64,000 nucleotides of DNA from Candidatus Omnitrophota bacterium (GTDB taxonomy: Bacteria; Omnitrophota; Omnitrophia; Omnitrophales; Aquincolibacteriaceae): contig JAZDJU010000037.1 of assembly GCA_043803685.1 (NCBI GenBank), forward strand, positions 96,001 to 160,000, written 5' to 3'. Position numbers and translations under genes: made by a program. Under the pieces are notes generated by a model that worked only from the letters and a program-made list of their open reading frames with translations, was not told the DNA's origin and ran no database searches. Positions 19,121 through 28,016 of the stretch are shown piece after piece (the stretch's first letter is position 1; each line of letters opens with the position of its first letter).

Positions 19121-21361
19121 TTATAATTTTGCGGCGAATTTGTCGATGCGATAAGATTCCAACAAGTCCCCTTCGCGAAGATCGTTGAAACCTTCCAGGG
19201 CGACCCCGCATTCGTAACCTTCCGCGACTTCCTTGACATCGTCCTTGAAACGTTTGAGGGACGACAACTTCCCATCGAAGATCACGACGTTATCGCGCAC
19301 GAGCCTCACGCGATGCTGCCGCGTAATGCGTCCTTTCATCACGATCGCCCCGCCGATATTTCCGACCCTTGAAGATTTGAAGATCTGGCGGACCTTGGTC
19401 TTGCCTTCGACCACTTCCTTGAGGTCTGGCTCCAGAATGCCTTCCATGGCTTTGCGGATCTTCTCGACCGCTTCATAAATGATGCTGTAAAAACGGATGT
19501 CCACGCCCTCTTTTTCCGCAAGGACTTGAGCTTTCGGATCGGCTTTGACATGAAAACCGATGATGATCGCATCAGAGGCCGCCGCGAGCATTACGTCCGA
19601 TTCGTTGATCCCGCCGACAATACCGTGGATCACGTGGAGCCGGCACTTTTCGGAGCTGATCTTTTCAAGCGACTGCGTGAGCGCCTCGATCGAGCCTTGC
19701 ATGTCCGCCTTGATGATGATCTTGAGCTCTTTGAAATTCCCTTCCGAAAGTTTCGAATAGAGACTTTCAAGCGACATGTGTTTCGGCGTCCCGCGCATCT
19801 GCCGTTCCCGGAGCTCCAGGACCTTTTGCTCCGTGATCGTTCTCGCGGTCTTCTCATCGGCTACCGCATAGACTGTCTCTCCCGCTTCGGGCACGCCGTT
19901 CAGGCCGCTCAATTCCACCGCATAGGCGGGACCGGCCTCGCGCACCATTTTCGCGCGGTCATTTTTCATGGCGCGGATCCGCCCCGTATACTGGCCTGCC
20001 ACCACAATATCGCCAAGCTTTAAGGTCCCCTTCTGGACGACCACGCTCGCGACAGGTCCACTTCCCTTTGAAATATGACTTTCGATCACAATGCCCACGG
20101 CCAGGCGATCGGGATTGGCTTTCAGTTCCAGGACTTCGGCCTCAAGAAGCAACATGTCCAGAAGATCCTCAATCCCTTTTCCGGTTTTCGCGGAAACTTT
20201 TACGACGATCGTCTTGCCGCCCCATTCTTCAGGCACGAGCCCGATCTTTTGCAGCTCTCCAAGAACTTTGGCGGGATTCGCGGCCGGAAGATCGATCTTG
20301 TTCATCGCCACCACAATCGGGCAACCCGCCTCACGCGCGTGGTCAATGGCCTCGATCGTTTGCGGCATCACGCCGTCATCGGCCGCCACCACGAGAACGA
20401 CCACGTCCGTCACGTTCGCGCCTCGGGCGCGCATGGCGGTAAAGGCCTCATGGCCCGGCGTGTCGAGAAACGTCACATGTCCTTTGCCCGGGATATCGAC
20501 GCCGTAAGCGCCGATGTGCTGGGTAATAAAACCTTTTTCTTTGGCCGCAACGTTCGTACTGCGGATCGCGTCAAGAAGCGATGTCTTGCCGTGGTCAACA
20601 TGTCCCATCATCGTCACGACCGGAGGCCGCGGCTTCAGCTGCGTGGGATCTTCGACCTCTCCACTCTTGATGATCTCCCGAGCCTCGTCTTCCATCTTGG
20701 TAATTTCGATCCCGAGAGCCCCACCGGCCGCGTAAACGATCTCTTCGTTCAAAAGCTGGTTCACATTCGCGAAAATGCCGATGCCCATCAGCGCCTTGAT
20801 CACTTCCGGAAGCCTCCGGTTCATCTTCTGAGCTAAGTCCCCGACGGTGATCGGAAACCGGATCGCGATCGTAGGCTTGGCGGGCGGAGGCGGCACCACT
20901 GGCTTTGGAGCGGGAACGACCGAGATCTCCGGCTTTGCTTTAGGTGTTTCCACGACAGGCGCAACCTTAACCTGAGTAACTTCGGGAGCCTTAGGCGCCA
21001 CCGGTTTCACCTCAGGCTTTTTCTCAACAACGGGAGGTGCGGAAGGTTTTTCTTCTTTTTTAACAGGGGCAGCCACGGCGACTTTGGGAACGACGCCCGC
21101 AACGACCGGTTTCGGAACCTGCGCTTTGACGACCGCAACAGGTTTCGCCTCTTCAACGGAAGGCTTGTCCACGGACTTAGTCTCTGCGAGAACTTTGGTC
21201 TTGGCCGGAGCCTTAGCAGTAACTTTTTTTTCTTTGACGACTTTGGTTGCAGGAGCTTTTACAGATGTCTTTTTGGGCAACTCGATCTTCTCGGTGGAAG
21301 CCTTCACAGTTTTTTTGACCGGCGTTTTTTTCTCTTTGGCTTTTTCTTTTTTTTCGGGCAT
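19121..21361 (-). CDS. infB: Translation initiation factor IF-2
   Basis: MGHVDHGKTSLLD, ITQHIG, DTPGHEAF; start reassigned to MPEKKE at 21361, just after the nusA stop; Lys/Pro/Val-rich N-terminus. Confidence 0.97.
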   Translation of the reverse strand: MPEKKEKAKEKKTPVKKTVKASTEKIELPKKTSVKAPATKVVKEKKVTAKAPAKTKVLAETKSVDKPSVEEAKPVAVVKAQVPKPVVAGVVPKVAVAAPVKKEEKPSAPPVVEKKPEVKPVAPKAPEVTQVKVAPVVETPKAKPEISVVPAPKPVVPPPPAKPTIAIRFPITVGDLAQKMNRRLPEVIKALMGIGIFANVNQLLNEEIVYAAGGALGIEITKMEDEAREIIKSGEVEDPTQLKPRPPVVTMMGHVDHGKTSLLDAIRSTNVAAKEKGFITQHIGAYGVDIPGKGHVTFLDTPGHEAFTAMRARGANVTDVVVLVVAADDGVMPQTIEAIDHAREAGCPIVVAMNKIDLPAANPAKVLGELQKIGLVPEEWGGKTIVVKVSAKTGKGIEDLLDMLLLEAEVLELKANPDRLAVGIVIESHISKGSGPVASVVVQKGTLKLGDIVVAGQYTGRIRAMKNDRAKMVREAGPAYAVELSGLNGVPEAGETVYAVADEKTARTITEQKVLELRERQMRGTPKHMSLESLYSKLSEGNFKELKIIIKADMQGSIEALTQSLEKISSEKCRLHVIHGIVGGINESDVMLAAASDAIIIGFHVKADPKAQVLAEKEGVDIRFYSIIYEAVEKIRKAMEGILEPDLKEVVEGKTKVRQIFKSSRVGNIGGAIVMKGRITRQHRVRLVRDNVVIFDGKLSSLKRFKDDVKEVAEGYECGVALEGFNDLREGDLLESYRIDKFAAKL

Positions 21362-21362
21362 G

Positions 21363-22586
21363 TTATCCACCTGTCTCTTCCCGCCCTTCTTCAATAACGT
21401 CAGGGGCTTTTTCTCTCGCTCCTTCTTCCGCAGAAACTGATTTTTCGGTCGGGTGACTTGCGCTGCCTTTGGGAGCCATAGCTTCTTTGGCTGACGCGAG
21501 GATCTTTTCGGCCGTTTTAGGACCGATCCCCGGGATCTCGGAAAGCTCTTCCACCGTTTTTTTGAGAAGTTCCCGGAGCCCCTGGATCCCGGCTTCCTTA
21601 AGGATCTGCTCCGTCTTTTCTCCAATGCCTTCCAGCGAAGCGAGGGGGATCTTTTGCGCGGCACTGCGCACATCAAGCTCCCAACCGATCAACTTTGAAG
21701 CAAGGCGCACGTTCTGTCCCCTCTTTCCGATCGCAAGCGACAACTGGTCGTCCTCGACCAGAATCTCCGCGCTTTGCCGTTCGGGATTCAAGGTGATCTT
21801 CTTGAGTTCCGCAGGCGCCATGGCGTTCCTGATATAAGTTTCAATGTCATCGCTGTGGCGGATAATATCGATCTTCTCGCCCCCGAGTTCGCGAACGATG
21901 CTTTTAACGCGCTGCCCCCGAACCCCCACGCACGAACCCACACAATCGATTTTTTCGTCCATCGAAGTCACGGCGATCTTGGTGCGGGATCCGGCTTCGC
22001 GCGCCACACCCTTGACCTTCACGAGCCCATCGTGGATCTCCGGCACTTCCATTTCAAAGAATTGCGTCACAAGGTCCGGATGCGTCCTCGATAAAATGAC
22101 CTCCGGTCCCTTGGCTGTTTTCTTGACTTCCATCACGTACGCGCGCACCACATTCCCTTGGCGAAAACTGTCGAGGGGCGATTGCTCCCGCGCGGGCAAA
22201 ATTCCTTCTGTTTTTCCGAAATCCACGATGATCGCTTTGGACTCGATCCGGTGGACGCTTCCGGAAACGATGTCGCCCTGCTTGTGGCTGTATTCGTTAA
22301 AAATGGATTCCCGCTCCGCTTCGCGGATCTTTTGAATAATAACCTGTTTGGCGGTCTGCGCGGCAATGCGTCCAAAACGGGGATCGTTGATCTCTTTGCC
22401 GTCCAGGAACATGGTAATGCGAAAGGTCTTCGGATCGATCTGCACATCAAAGACGTCACCCTTTTCGGGTGAACCTTTGCGGCAGGCGGAAATGAGGGCA
22501 TGACGAAGGGCATCCAGGAGAACTTCCTTGGTGATCCCCTTTTCTTTTTCGATATATTCCAGCGAAGCTAGCAAATCCTGTGACAT
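21363..22586 (-). CDS. nusA: Transcription termination factor NusA
   Basis: FGRIAAQTAKQVI, AREAGSRTK, SLAIGKRGQNVRLA, C-terminal HhH repeats. Confidence 0.97.
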   Translation of the reverse strand: MSQDLLASLEYIEKEKGITKEVLLDALRHALISACRKGSPEKGDVFDVQIDPKTFRITMFLDGKEINDPRFGRIAAQTAKQVIIQKIREAERESIFNEYSHKQGDIVSGSVHRIESKAIIVDFGKTEGILPAREQSPLDSFRQGNVVRAYVMEVKKTAKGPEVILSRTHPDLVTQFFEMEVPEIHDGLVKVKGVAREAGSRTKIAVTSMDEKIDCVGSCVGVRGQRVKSIVRELGGEKIDIIRHSDDIETYIRNAMAPAELKKITLNPERQSAEILVEDDQLSLAIGKRGQNVRLASKLIGWELDVRSAAQKIPLASLEGIGEKTEQILKEAGIQGLRELLKKTVEELSEIPGIGPKTAEKILASAKEAMAPKGSASHPTEKSVSAEEGAREKAPDVIEEGREETGG

Positions 22587-22615
22587 TTTGTCCCTGATCC
22601 CTTCCGTGTCCCGAG

Positions 22616-22649
22616 AAAAAAAAGAAGTGGGTTTGTGCGCCCACTTCTT
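22616..22649 (-). terminator. Leader terminator/attenuator upstream of nusA
   Basis: Minus strand GAAGTGGG-CGCACAAA-CCCACTTC followed by a T8 run, between the promoter and the nusA start. Confidence 0.7.
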
Positions 22650-22673
22650 CGCATTCCTAAAATTGATGACCGT

Positions 22674-22701
22674 ATTATATGGAGAATCTCGTGGAAGTCA
22701 A
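22674..22701 (-). promoter_or_regulatory. Sigma70 promoter of the nusA-infB operon
   Basis: TTGACT-16nt-TATAAT on the minus strand. Confidence 0.65.
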
Positions 22702-22819
22702 CGAGAGTATCTTGAGCCCTCTTCGGCGGCACTCTAATGGAACGAGGTCTATTGAGGGTCTAACCTATTTCCAAAAAAAGAGTTACACGTGAGACGCTTC
22801 GTTGGGGCAGCTTCTCTAT

Positions 22820-23749
22820 TTACTCCGGACGGGTTCGCCAACGCCGATGGGCCCATAGCCAATCGCCGGGACGCTTGCGGATCTCTTCTTCGATCTTCGC
22901 AACGTATTGCTGGGTGTTGGCTAAAAGATCAGCCTGAAGGTCCCCGGTTTTGATCAGGGGGAACAAAGGGCCATACTGGATCTTCGAGCAACCGCTTTCG
23001 TCGCGATAAAAGAACGCTGGCAGTACCGGATAATCATACTTGAGAGCAAGCATCGCCGGCAACGTACTCGTCGCCGCCTTGCGCCCGAAAAAATCCACCC
23101 ACACGGACCCGCGGCTTTCATGCTGATCGATCAGGACCGCCAGGATCCCGCGTTTTTTGAGAACCTCGATGGAGGATCTCACGGCGCCTGATTTTTCGAT
23201 ATTGGTCAGATTCGCCGCCTCGCGCATTTTCCGGACATAGCGGTAAAGATAAGGATTCTTCAGGGGGCGCCCAACAGCATGGACATGGAGCCCGTATTTC
23301 TGGATGGGGATCGCGAGCCACTCCCAATTTCCGAAATGGGAGACGATCGCGATGAAACCGCCCTTTTTTTTCACCGCTTCCATGAGCGGCGCTACCTCAG
23401 GCGGCGTGATGTATCGCTCGGGAAACGCGGACGCTTCGGGCGTGCGCAGAAACTCGAAAGCGAGCTTGAAAATATTCCGGATCGATCGCTCCGCGATCCC
23501 GAGAAGTTCCGCCTCAGTCCTTTCGCCGCTAAAGGCTAGGCGAAGATTCTTGAGCATGGTCTCCCTCCGAACACCGAAAAAGCGGACCGCGCAGATCCCG
23601 AGAGCATCTGCGATCTTGTAGCTAATGCGAAGAGGAATGAGACGAAGCAGGAATGCCAGGAGTCTGAAGATGGCGTATTCGAGAAGAAAGCAGGCCTTTT
23701 TGAGAGGATTCATAAAAAGAATCTTATTGATTAAGAGTGGGAATGCCAA
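22820..23749 (-). CDS. Lipid A late acyltransferase (LpxL/HtrB family)
   Basis: HFGNWE, IDQH, FFG, WLWAHRRW; the true start may be the internal MNPLKK. Confidence 0.88.
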   Translation of the reverse strand: MAFPLLINKILFMNPLKKACFLLEYAIFRLLAFLLRLIPLRISYKIADALGICAVRFFGVRRETMLKNLRLAFSGERTEAELLGIAERSIRNIFKLAFEFLRTPEASAFPERYITPPEVAPLMEAVKKKGGFIAIVSHFGNWEWLAIPIQKYGLHVHAVGRPLKNPYLYRYVRKMREAANLTNIEKSGAVRSSIEVLKKRGILAVLIDQHESRGSVWVDFFGRKAATSTLPAMLALKYDYPVLPAFFYRDESGCSKIQYGPLFPLIKTGDLQADLLANTQQYVAKIEEEIRKRPGDWLWAHRRWRTRPE

Positions 23750-23893
23750 AGCCCACGCTTTGGCACTGCAAAAAAATCGAAACTTGTGGTTTCGATTTGC
23801 TGTCGCCGCCTTTTAAAAGAACCTTAAAAGAGCGCGGTCGCCGTACACGGCCTTCCTTAAAAGTGACGGCGCCGTGCTGATTCATTAGGAATC

Positions 23894-23964
23894 AGCGGGC
23901 AGCGGGAATCGAACCCGCATGACTAGCTTGGAAGGCTAGGACATTACCATTATGCTATGCCCGC
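23894..23964 (-). tRNA. tRNA-Gly (TCC)
   Basis: GCGGGCATAGCATAATGGTAATGTCCCTAGCCTTCCAAGCTAGTCATGCGGGTTCGATTCCCGCTGCCCGCT folds as a cloverleaf; CCA not encoded. Confidence 0.95.
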
Positions 23965-24087
23965 ATGGTCGGCCTTGAAAACGGGGGCCATTCTAACGGA
24001 GGAATAAAGGACGCGCTACTTTTTTTAGCTCCCCAAAAAGCACAACGATCAACGCGCGACGTTCGACGAAAAATCCTTCGCTGACCG

Positions 24088-24891
24088 TTATGCGTCGCGC
24101 GTTGCGCCACTACGGTACATCAACCCTGTGAAGAACACGGTCAGGCGTCTTGGACTCAGCCTCTCCGCGTAGATCATGAGCTTGTTCCAGAATCCGTAGA
24201 TCGCTGAAGGCTGATTGGATCCCAAGAATTTTCTGAGCGCGAACCGCGCAACATCCGGCGCCGAAGCGCTGAAAAACATCCTCTGCCGGTCGATCCCGGC
24301 GCTCTGATGAAAACGGGTGATCGTGTTGCCTGGGCAAAGACAAAAAACGCGAACGCCGCTTCCTTTGCATTCCGCCCACAACGCTTCCGAAAAATTGAGC
24401 ACGAACGCCTTCGTCGCGGCATAAACAGAAAGACAAGGAAGAGGCTGAAATCCCGCGGTCGAGGCTACGTTCAGAACACCGCCCTTTTTCCTTTCAAGCA
24501 TTCCGGGAAGATAAAGCTTCGTCAGGTGCGTCAGCGCCTGGATATTAAGATCCAGCATCGCGCTCACGTCCTCAGCTTTCATCTCATGGAAGGTGCCGTA
24601 ATGGGCAAGGCCCGCGTTATTGATGAGAACGTCCACCGTGATGCCGCTCTTTTCCGTCCACGCGAAAAGTTCCAACCGTTCTTCCAGACGCGTCAGGTCC
24701 TCGGGAAAAACATAGACCGTCACACCGAAGCGAACCCTAAGATCTTCCGCTTCCTGTTCCAGCCGCTGGGCATTGCGCGAAACAAGGACGAGATCGGCGC
24801 CCTGCGCGGCCAACTCGCGCGCCAAGGCCTTGCCAATCCCAGAGGAAGCGCCGGTCACGAGCGCGGTGATGTTTTTGAAGGACTGTATCAT
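24088..24891 (-). CDS. Short-chain dehydrogenase/reductase
   Basis: TGASSGIG, NNAG, YAATK; start reassigned to MIQSFK at 24891. Confidence 0.9.
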   Translation of the reverse strand: MIQSFKNITALVTGASSGIGKALARELAAQGADLVLVSRNAQRLEQEAEDLRVRFGVTVYVFPEDLTRLEERLELFAWTEKSGITVDVLINNAGLAHYGTFHEMKAEDVSAMLDLNIQALTHLTKLYLPGMLERKKGGVLNVASTAGFQPLPCLSVYAATKAFVLNFSEALWAECKGSGVRVFCLCPGNTITRFHQSAGIDRQRMFFSASAPDVARFALRKFLGSNQPSAIYGFWNKLMIYAERLSPRRLTVFFTGLMYRSGATRDA

Positions 24892-24895
24892 GGGT

Positions 24896-25498
24896 TTAAT
24901 GAAAATCATGCCGACCGGCGAAGGCGCGGGAAAGAGTGGCCTGGTCCGTGTATTCGATATGACTGCCGACCGAAATGCCTCGGGCAAGACGCGTCACCTT
25001 CACTTTGGAAGGCGCCAGGACCTTCGCAAGATAGAGCGCGGTCGTATCGCCTTCGGTGTTGGGATTGGTCGCGAGAATGATCTCCCGGACCTTTTTTTGT
25101 TTCACACGTTCAAGCAGGTCCTGAATGCAGATCTGATCCGGACCGATCCCGTCGAGCGGCGACAGGGCGCCAAGGAGGACATGATAGACGCCGCGATGGC
25201 TCCCTGTTTTTTCGATCGCGACGACATCCTTGGGATCCTCGACCACGCAAATGAGCCCCTGCTCACGCCCCGGGTCCGAACAGATGTGGCAAAGTTTCTG
25301 GTCCGAAAAGTTATGGCAAACACTGCAGAAAACAACGCTTTCGCGAAGCTGGCGGATGAGCTCCCCGAGATTCAGGGCCTCTTCCTTCTTTGTTTTGAGG
25401 AGATAAAAAACCATGCGCTCGGCCGAGCGTTTCCCTATGCCGGGAAGTTTGGAAAGCGCCTCGACCAGCTTTGTCATTAATTCCGAGTAGGCTTTCAT
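24896..25498 (-). CDS. recR: Recombination protein RecR
   Basis: LPGIGKRSAER, C4 zinc finger, YHVLLG, ATNPNTEGDTTA. Confidence 0.97.
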   Translation of the reverse strand: MKAYSELMTKLVEALSKLPGIGKRSAERMVFYLLKTKKEEALNLGELIRQLRESVVFCSVCHNFSDQKLCHICSDPGREQGLICVVEDPKDVVAIEKTGSHRGVYHVLLGALSPLDGIGPDQICIQDLLERVKQKKVREIILATNPNTEGDTTALYLAKVLAPSKVKVTRLARGISVGSHIEYTDQATLSRAFAGRHDFH

Positions 25499-25517
25499 GG
25501 CGGGGTCTCCGGACGCG

Positions 25518-27194
25518 TCAGTCCTTGCGGATCACTTTGGAGCCGTCAAAAATCTCCAGGGCTTTCGCGACGATGTCCGGGACACTCCCATCCTGGGCTG
25601 GCGCCACTTCGGCGTCAGCATCCTGGGTCGTTCCTTCACGTTCCGTCACGACACATTGGACCCGGACTTTTTTGCCAAGCGCCTGCGCGAACGCGTCCTC
25701 GATCACCTGCTTGTTCGATTCTTTCTCGAGCGTTTCTTTATGAAAGCGGAACTCCGAAGGAAGTCCAAGCACAATCACGGAACCCTCCACCTCCGCGGGC
25801 TCGGCTTCGGAAAGATAAAGGCTGAGGGACATGCGCTTGGCTTTCACAAACTCAATCACCTGGGGCCAAACTTTTTCTACGCTGTTGAGCGTGAGACCTT
25901 CTCCGGAAGGAGATGCGGCGCTTTCTTCGTGCGTATTCTGCTGCGGAACTTTCACGGAAAGGCTTGGAGAAGACGGGTTATCGGCCTTTTTAAAGTTCTC
26001 GACTGGTTTTACCGTTTTTTTTTCAACGACCGGAACTGGGGCTGCAGAACTTTCTTTTCTCACCGAAGACGCGCTCTGAATGAGACCTTCCACAGGTCTT
26101 AGTTCATCCACATAGACAAGCTTAAGAAGCGCCGCTTCCACAAGAAGTTTGGCCCGGGCCACGGGCCTGCGCAGCTGGACCTGCAGGTTCTGCAAGATCG
26201 AAAGAGCTAAAAGCAGTTCCCCTTGAGAAAAATCAGCTGAGAGTTTCCGCAACTTCGCGACCGTTTCAGAGCTCGCTTCAATAAGTGACTCAGCCTTCGG
26301 TGCGGTCTTGAGGACCAGAAGATGCCGGAAGGTCTCAAACAAACCCTTGGCGAATTGAGCAAGATCGGCGCCTTCCTCATAAAGTTTTTTTACCAACCCG
26401 AAGATCTCGTCCCCTTTTTTCCCGCGAATAGCAGCAAGCACCGAGACATACATCTCTTCCGGCGCAAGCCCGAGAAGCGTCAGGACGTCCTCCTCCTTGA
26501 TCTTTCCCTCGGAAAAACTGGCCAGCTGGTCCAAAAGACTTTCCGCGTCACGGAGCGCGCCTTCCGCCGCCTTCGCGATCATGAAAAGCGCGTTCTTCTC
26601 GCATTTCAATTTTTCTTTCTGCGCGATCGCATCAAGTTTTTCGACCGTTTCAGGGACCGAGATCCTTTTGAACTGAAGCCTTTGGCAACGCGAGAGGATC
26701 GTGAGCGGCACCTTGTGAGACTCGGTGGTGGCAAAAATGAATTTTACGTGAGACGGCGGTTCTTCGAGTGTTTTCAGGAGCGCGTTGAAAGCATCCCCGG
26801 TCAGAGAGTGGACTTCGTCGATAATGTAAACCTTGTAGCGGCCCGCCGACGGCTTGAACTTCACGTTCTCGCGAAGCGTCCGGATCTCCTCAATGCCACG
26901 ATTCGACGCCCCGTCGACCTCCAACACATCCATGGAATTCCCCTGCTCGATCTCTTTGCAGGAGATGCATTTGCCACAAGGTTTTTCCGTGGGGCCTTCC
27001 TTGCAGTTCAAGGCTTTGGCGAGAATACGCGCTGTCGAGGTCTTTCCAACGCCGCGGGGGCCCGAGAAAAGAAAGCTTTGTGGAACGCGTTCCTGACGGA
27101 TCGCGTTCTTGAGTGTCGTAGTGATCGTTTCCTGCCCCACGATCTCTTCGAACGTTTGCGGTCTGAATTTCCTTGCGAAGATCAGATATTCCAT
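25518..27194 (-). CDS. dnaX: DNA polymerase III subunit gamma/tau
   Basis: ARKFRPQTF, GPRGVGKT, IIDEVH, NALLKTLEEP, SRCQ. Confidence 0.97.
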   Translation of the reverse strand: MEYLIFARKFRPQTFEEIVGQETITTTLKNAIRQERVPQSFLFSGPRGVGKTSTARILAKALNCKEGPTEKPCGKCISCKEIEQGNSMDVLEVDGASNRGIEEIRTLRENVKFKPSAGRYKVYIIDEVHSLTGDAFNALLKTLEEPPSHVKFIFATTESHKVPLTILSRCQRLQFKRISVPETVEKLDAIAQKEKLKCEKNALFMIAKAAEGALRDAESLLDQLASFSEGKIKEEDVLTLLGLAPEEMYVSVLAAIRGKKGDEIFGLVKKLYEEGADLAQFAKGLFETFRHLLVLKTAPKAESLIEASSETVAKLRKLSADFSQGELLLALSILQNLQVQLRRPVARAKLLVEAALLKLVYVDELRPVEGLIQSASSVRKESSAAPVPVVEKKTVKPVENFKKADNPSSPSLSVKVPQQNTHEESAASPSGEGLTLNSVEKVWPQVIEFVKAKRMSLSLYLSEAEPAEVEGSVIVLGLPSEFRFHKETLEKESNKQVIEDAFAQALGKKVRVQCVVTEREGTTQDADAEVAPAQDGSVPDIVAKALEIFDGSKVIRKD

Positions 27195-27316
27195 GATGGC
27201 TCTATAGGAGAAAAAAATCCGGTTTTTGGGGGTTGCGAGGCCCCATGATGGGGGAAAAGGGGCGGGATTTCAAGTAGTACTTACCCCGGCCCGGGATCGG
27301 AGATCTTCCAGAGGAT

Positions 27317-27946
27317 CTAATCCTTGAATTTGAACGTCCTAAGGACCATCTCGAAAGCGGCGGCATGGTCCTTCCATGGCTCAGCAAGCGAATGGAGGGA
27401 GAACCGGTAGAGCTTGTCTTTCCTTGCGAGGAAGAGCGTCTGCTGTTTGATCATGACCGGCTTTGCTTTCAGGTCTTCCATCGGAAGCCGCGCCTCAGAT
27501 TCATGGATCGCGGAAAAAGCCTTTTCTCCCCCAAGGTCGACTTCTCTTTGATTTAAAACCTTGAATTTAGGCCGATTGCCAGCTCTTTTCAAAAAAGCTC
27601 CGAGCAGCTCCGCAGGCCCTCCCGTGGCGGGGAGTGGCTTCACCACGATCTCGATCAGGGTTCTGAACCGTGTGGACTCATCCACGGATCCTCTCAAATA
27701 GAGAGCGTCATATTTTTCCGTCCTTCCCTGGGATTCGTCGAGAGACCAACCTGCAATGGGATATTCGAATGTAAAATTGAACGCTGGATTTCCACCGGAG
27801 AAAACCGTGCTTTTTCGCATATCCCCGCCTTCCGCTAAAGGATGGTTACAAAATAAATACCCGGCAACCCCTGCCATTATAAAAAGACTGACGACCCAAA
27901 AAATGCTTTTTTCTCTAGAGGCCATGATCTTTTTCCATTCCAGCAC
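27317..27946 (-). CDS. Membrane-anchored or exported protein, possible PsbP/DcrB(DUF1795)-like fold
   Basis: N-terminal TM; FTFEYP-x2-W start and C-terminal LYRFSL...FEMVLRTFKF pattern resembling PsbP-like domains. Confidence 0.55.
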   Translation of the reverse strand: MLEWKKIMASREKSIFWVVSLFIMAGVAGYLFCNHPLAEGGDMRKSTVFSGGNPAFNFTFEYPIAGWSLDESQGRTEKYDALYLRGSVDESTRFRTLIEIVVKPLPATGGPAELLGAFLKRAGNRPKFKVLNQREVDLGGEKAFSAIHESEARLPMEDLKAKPVMIKQQTLFLARKDKLYRFSLHSLAEPWKDHAAAFEMVLRTFKFKD

Positions 27947-28016
27947 TGTTCTCCATTAAGTTTTAGGGGTTAACAGTACCGTACCGCATACCCCTAATTT
28001 CAAATTTCATGCGGTA

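Noticed and set aside
21362..21676. N-terminal extensions in the ORF track for infB (also the SDR, epimerase, 34574 rSAM, 42485 rSAM and pilin)
   Set aside because: They overlap upstream genes; downstream ATGs fit operon coupling and domain starts
27195..27316. SRP RNA (ffs), often found upstream of dnaX
   Set aside because: No CAGG-x3-GGAA-x3-AGCAG domain IV motif on either strand
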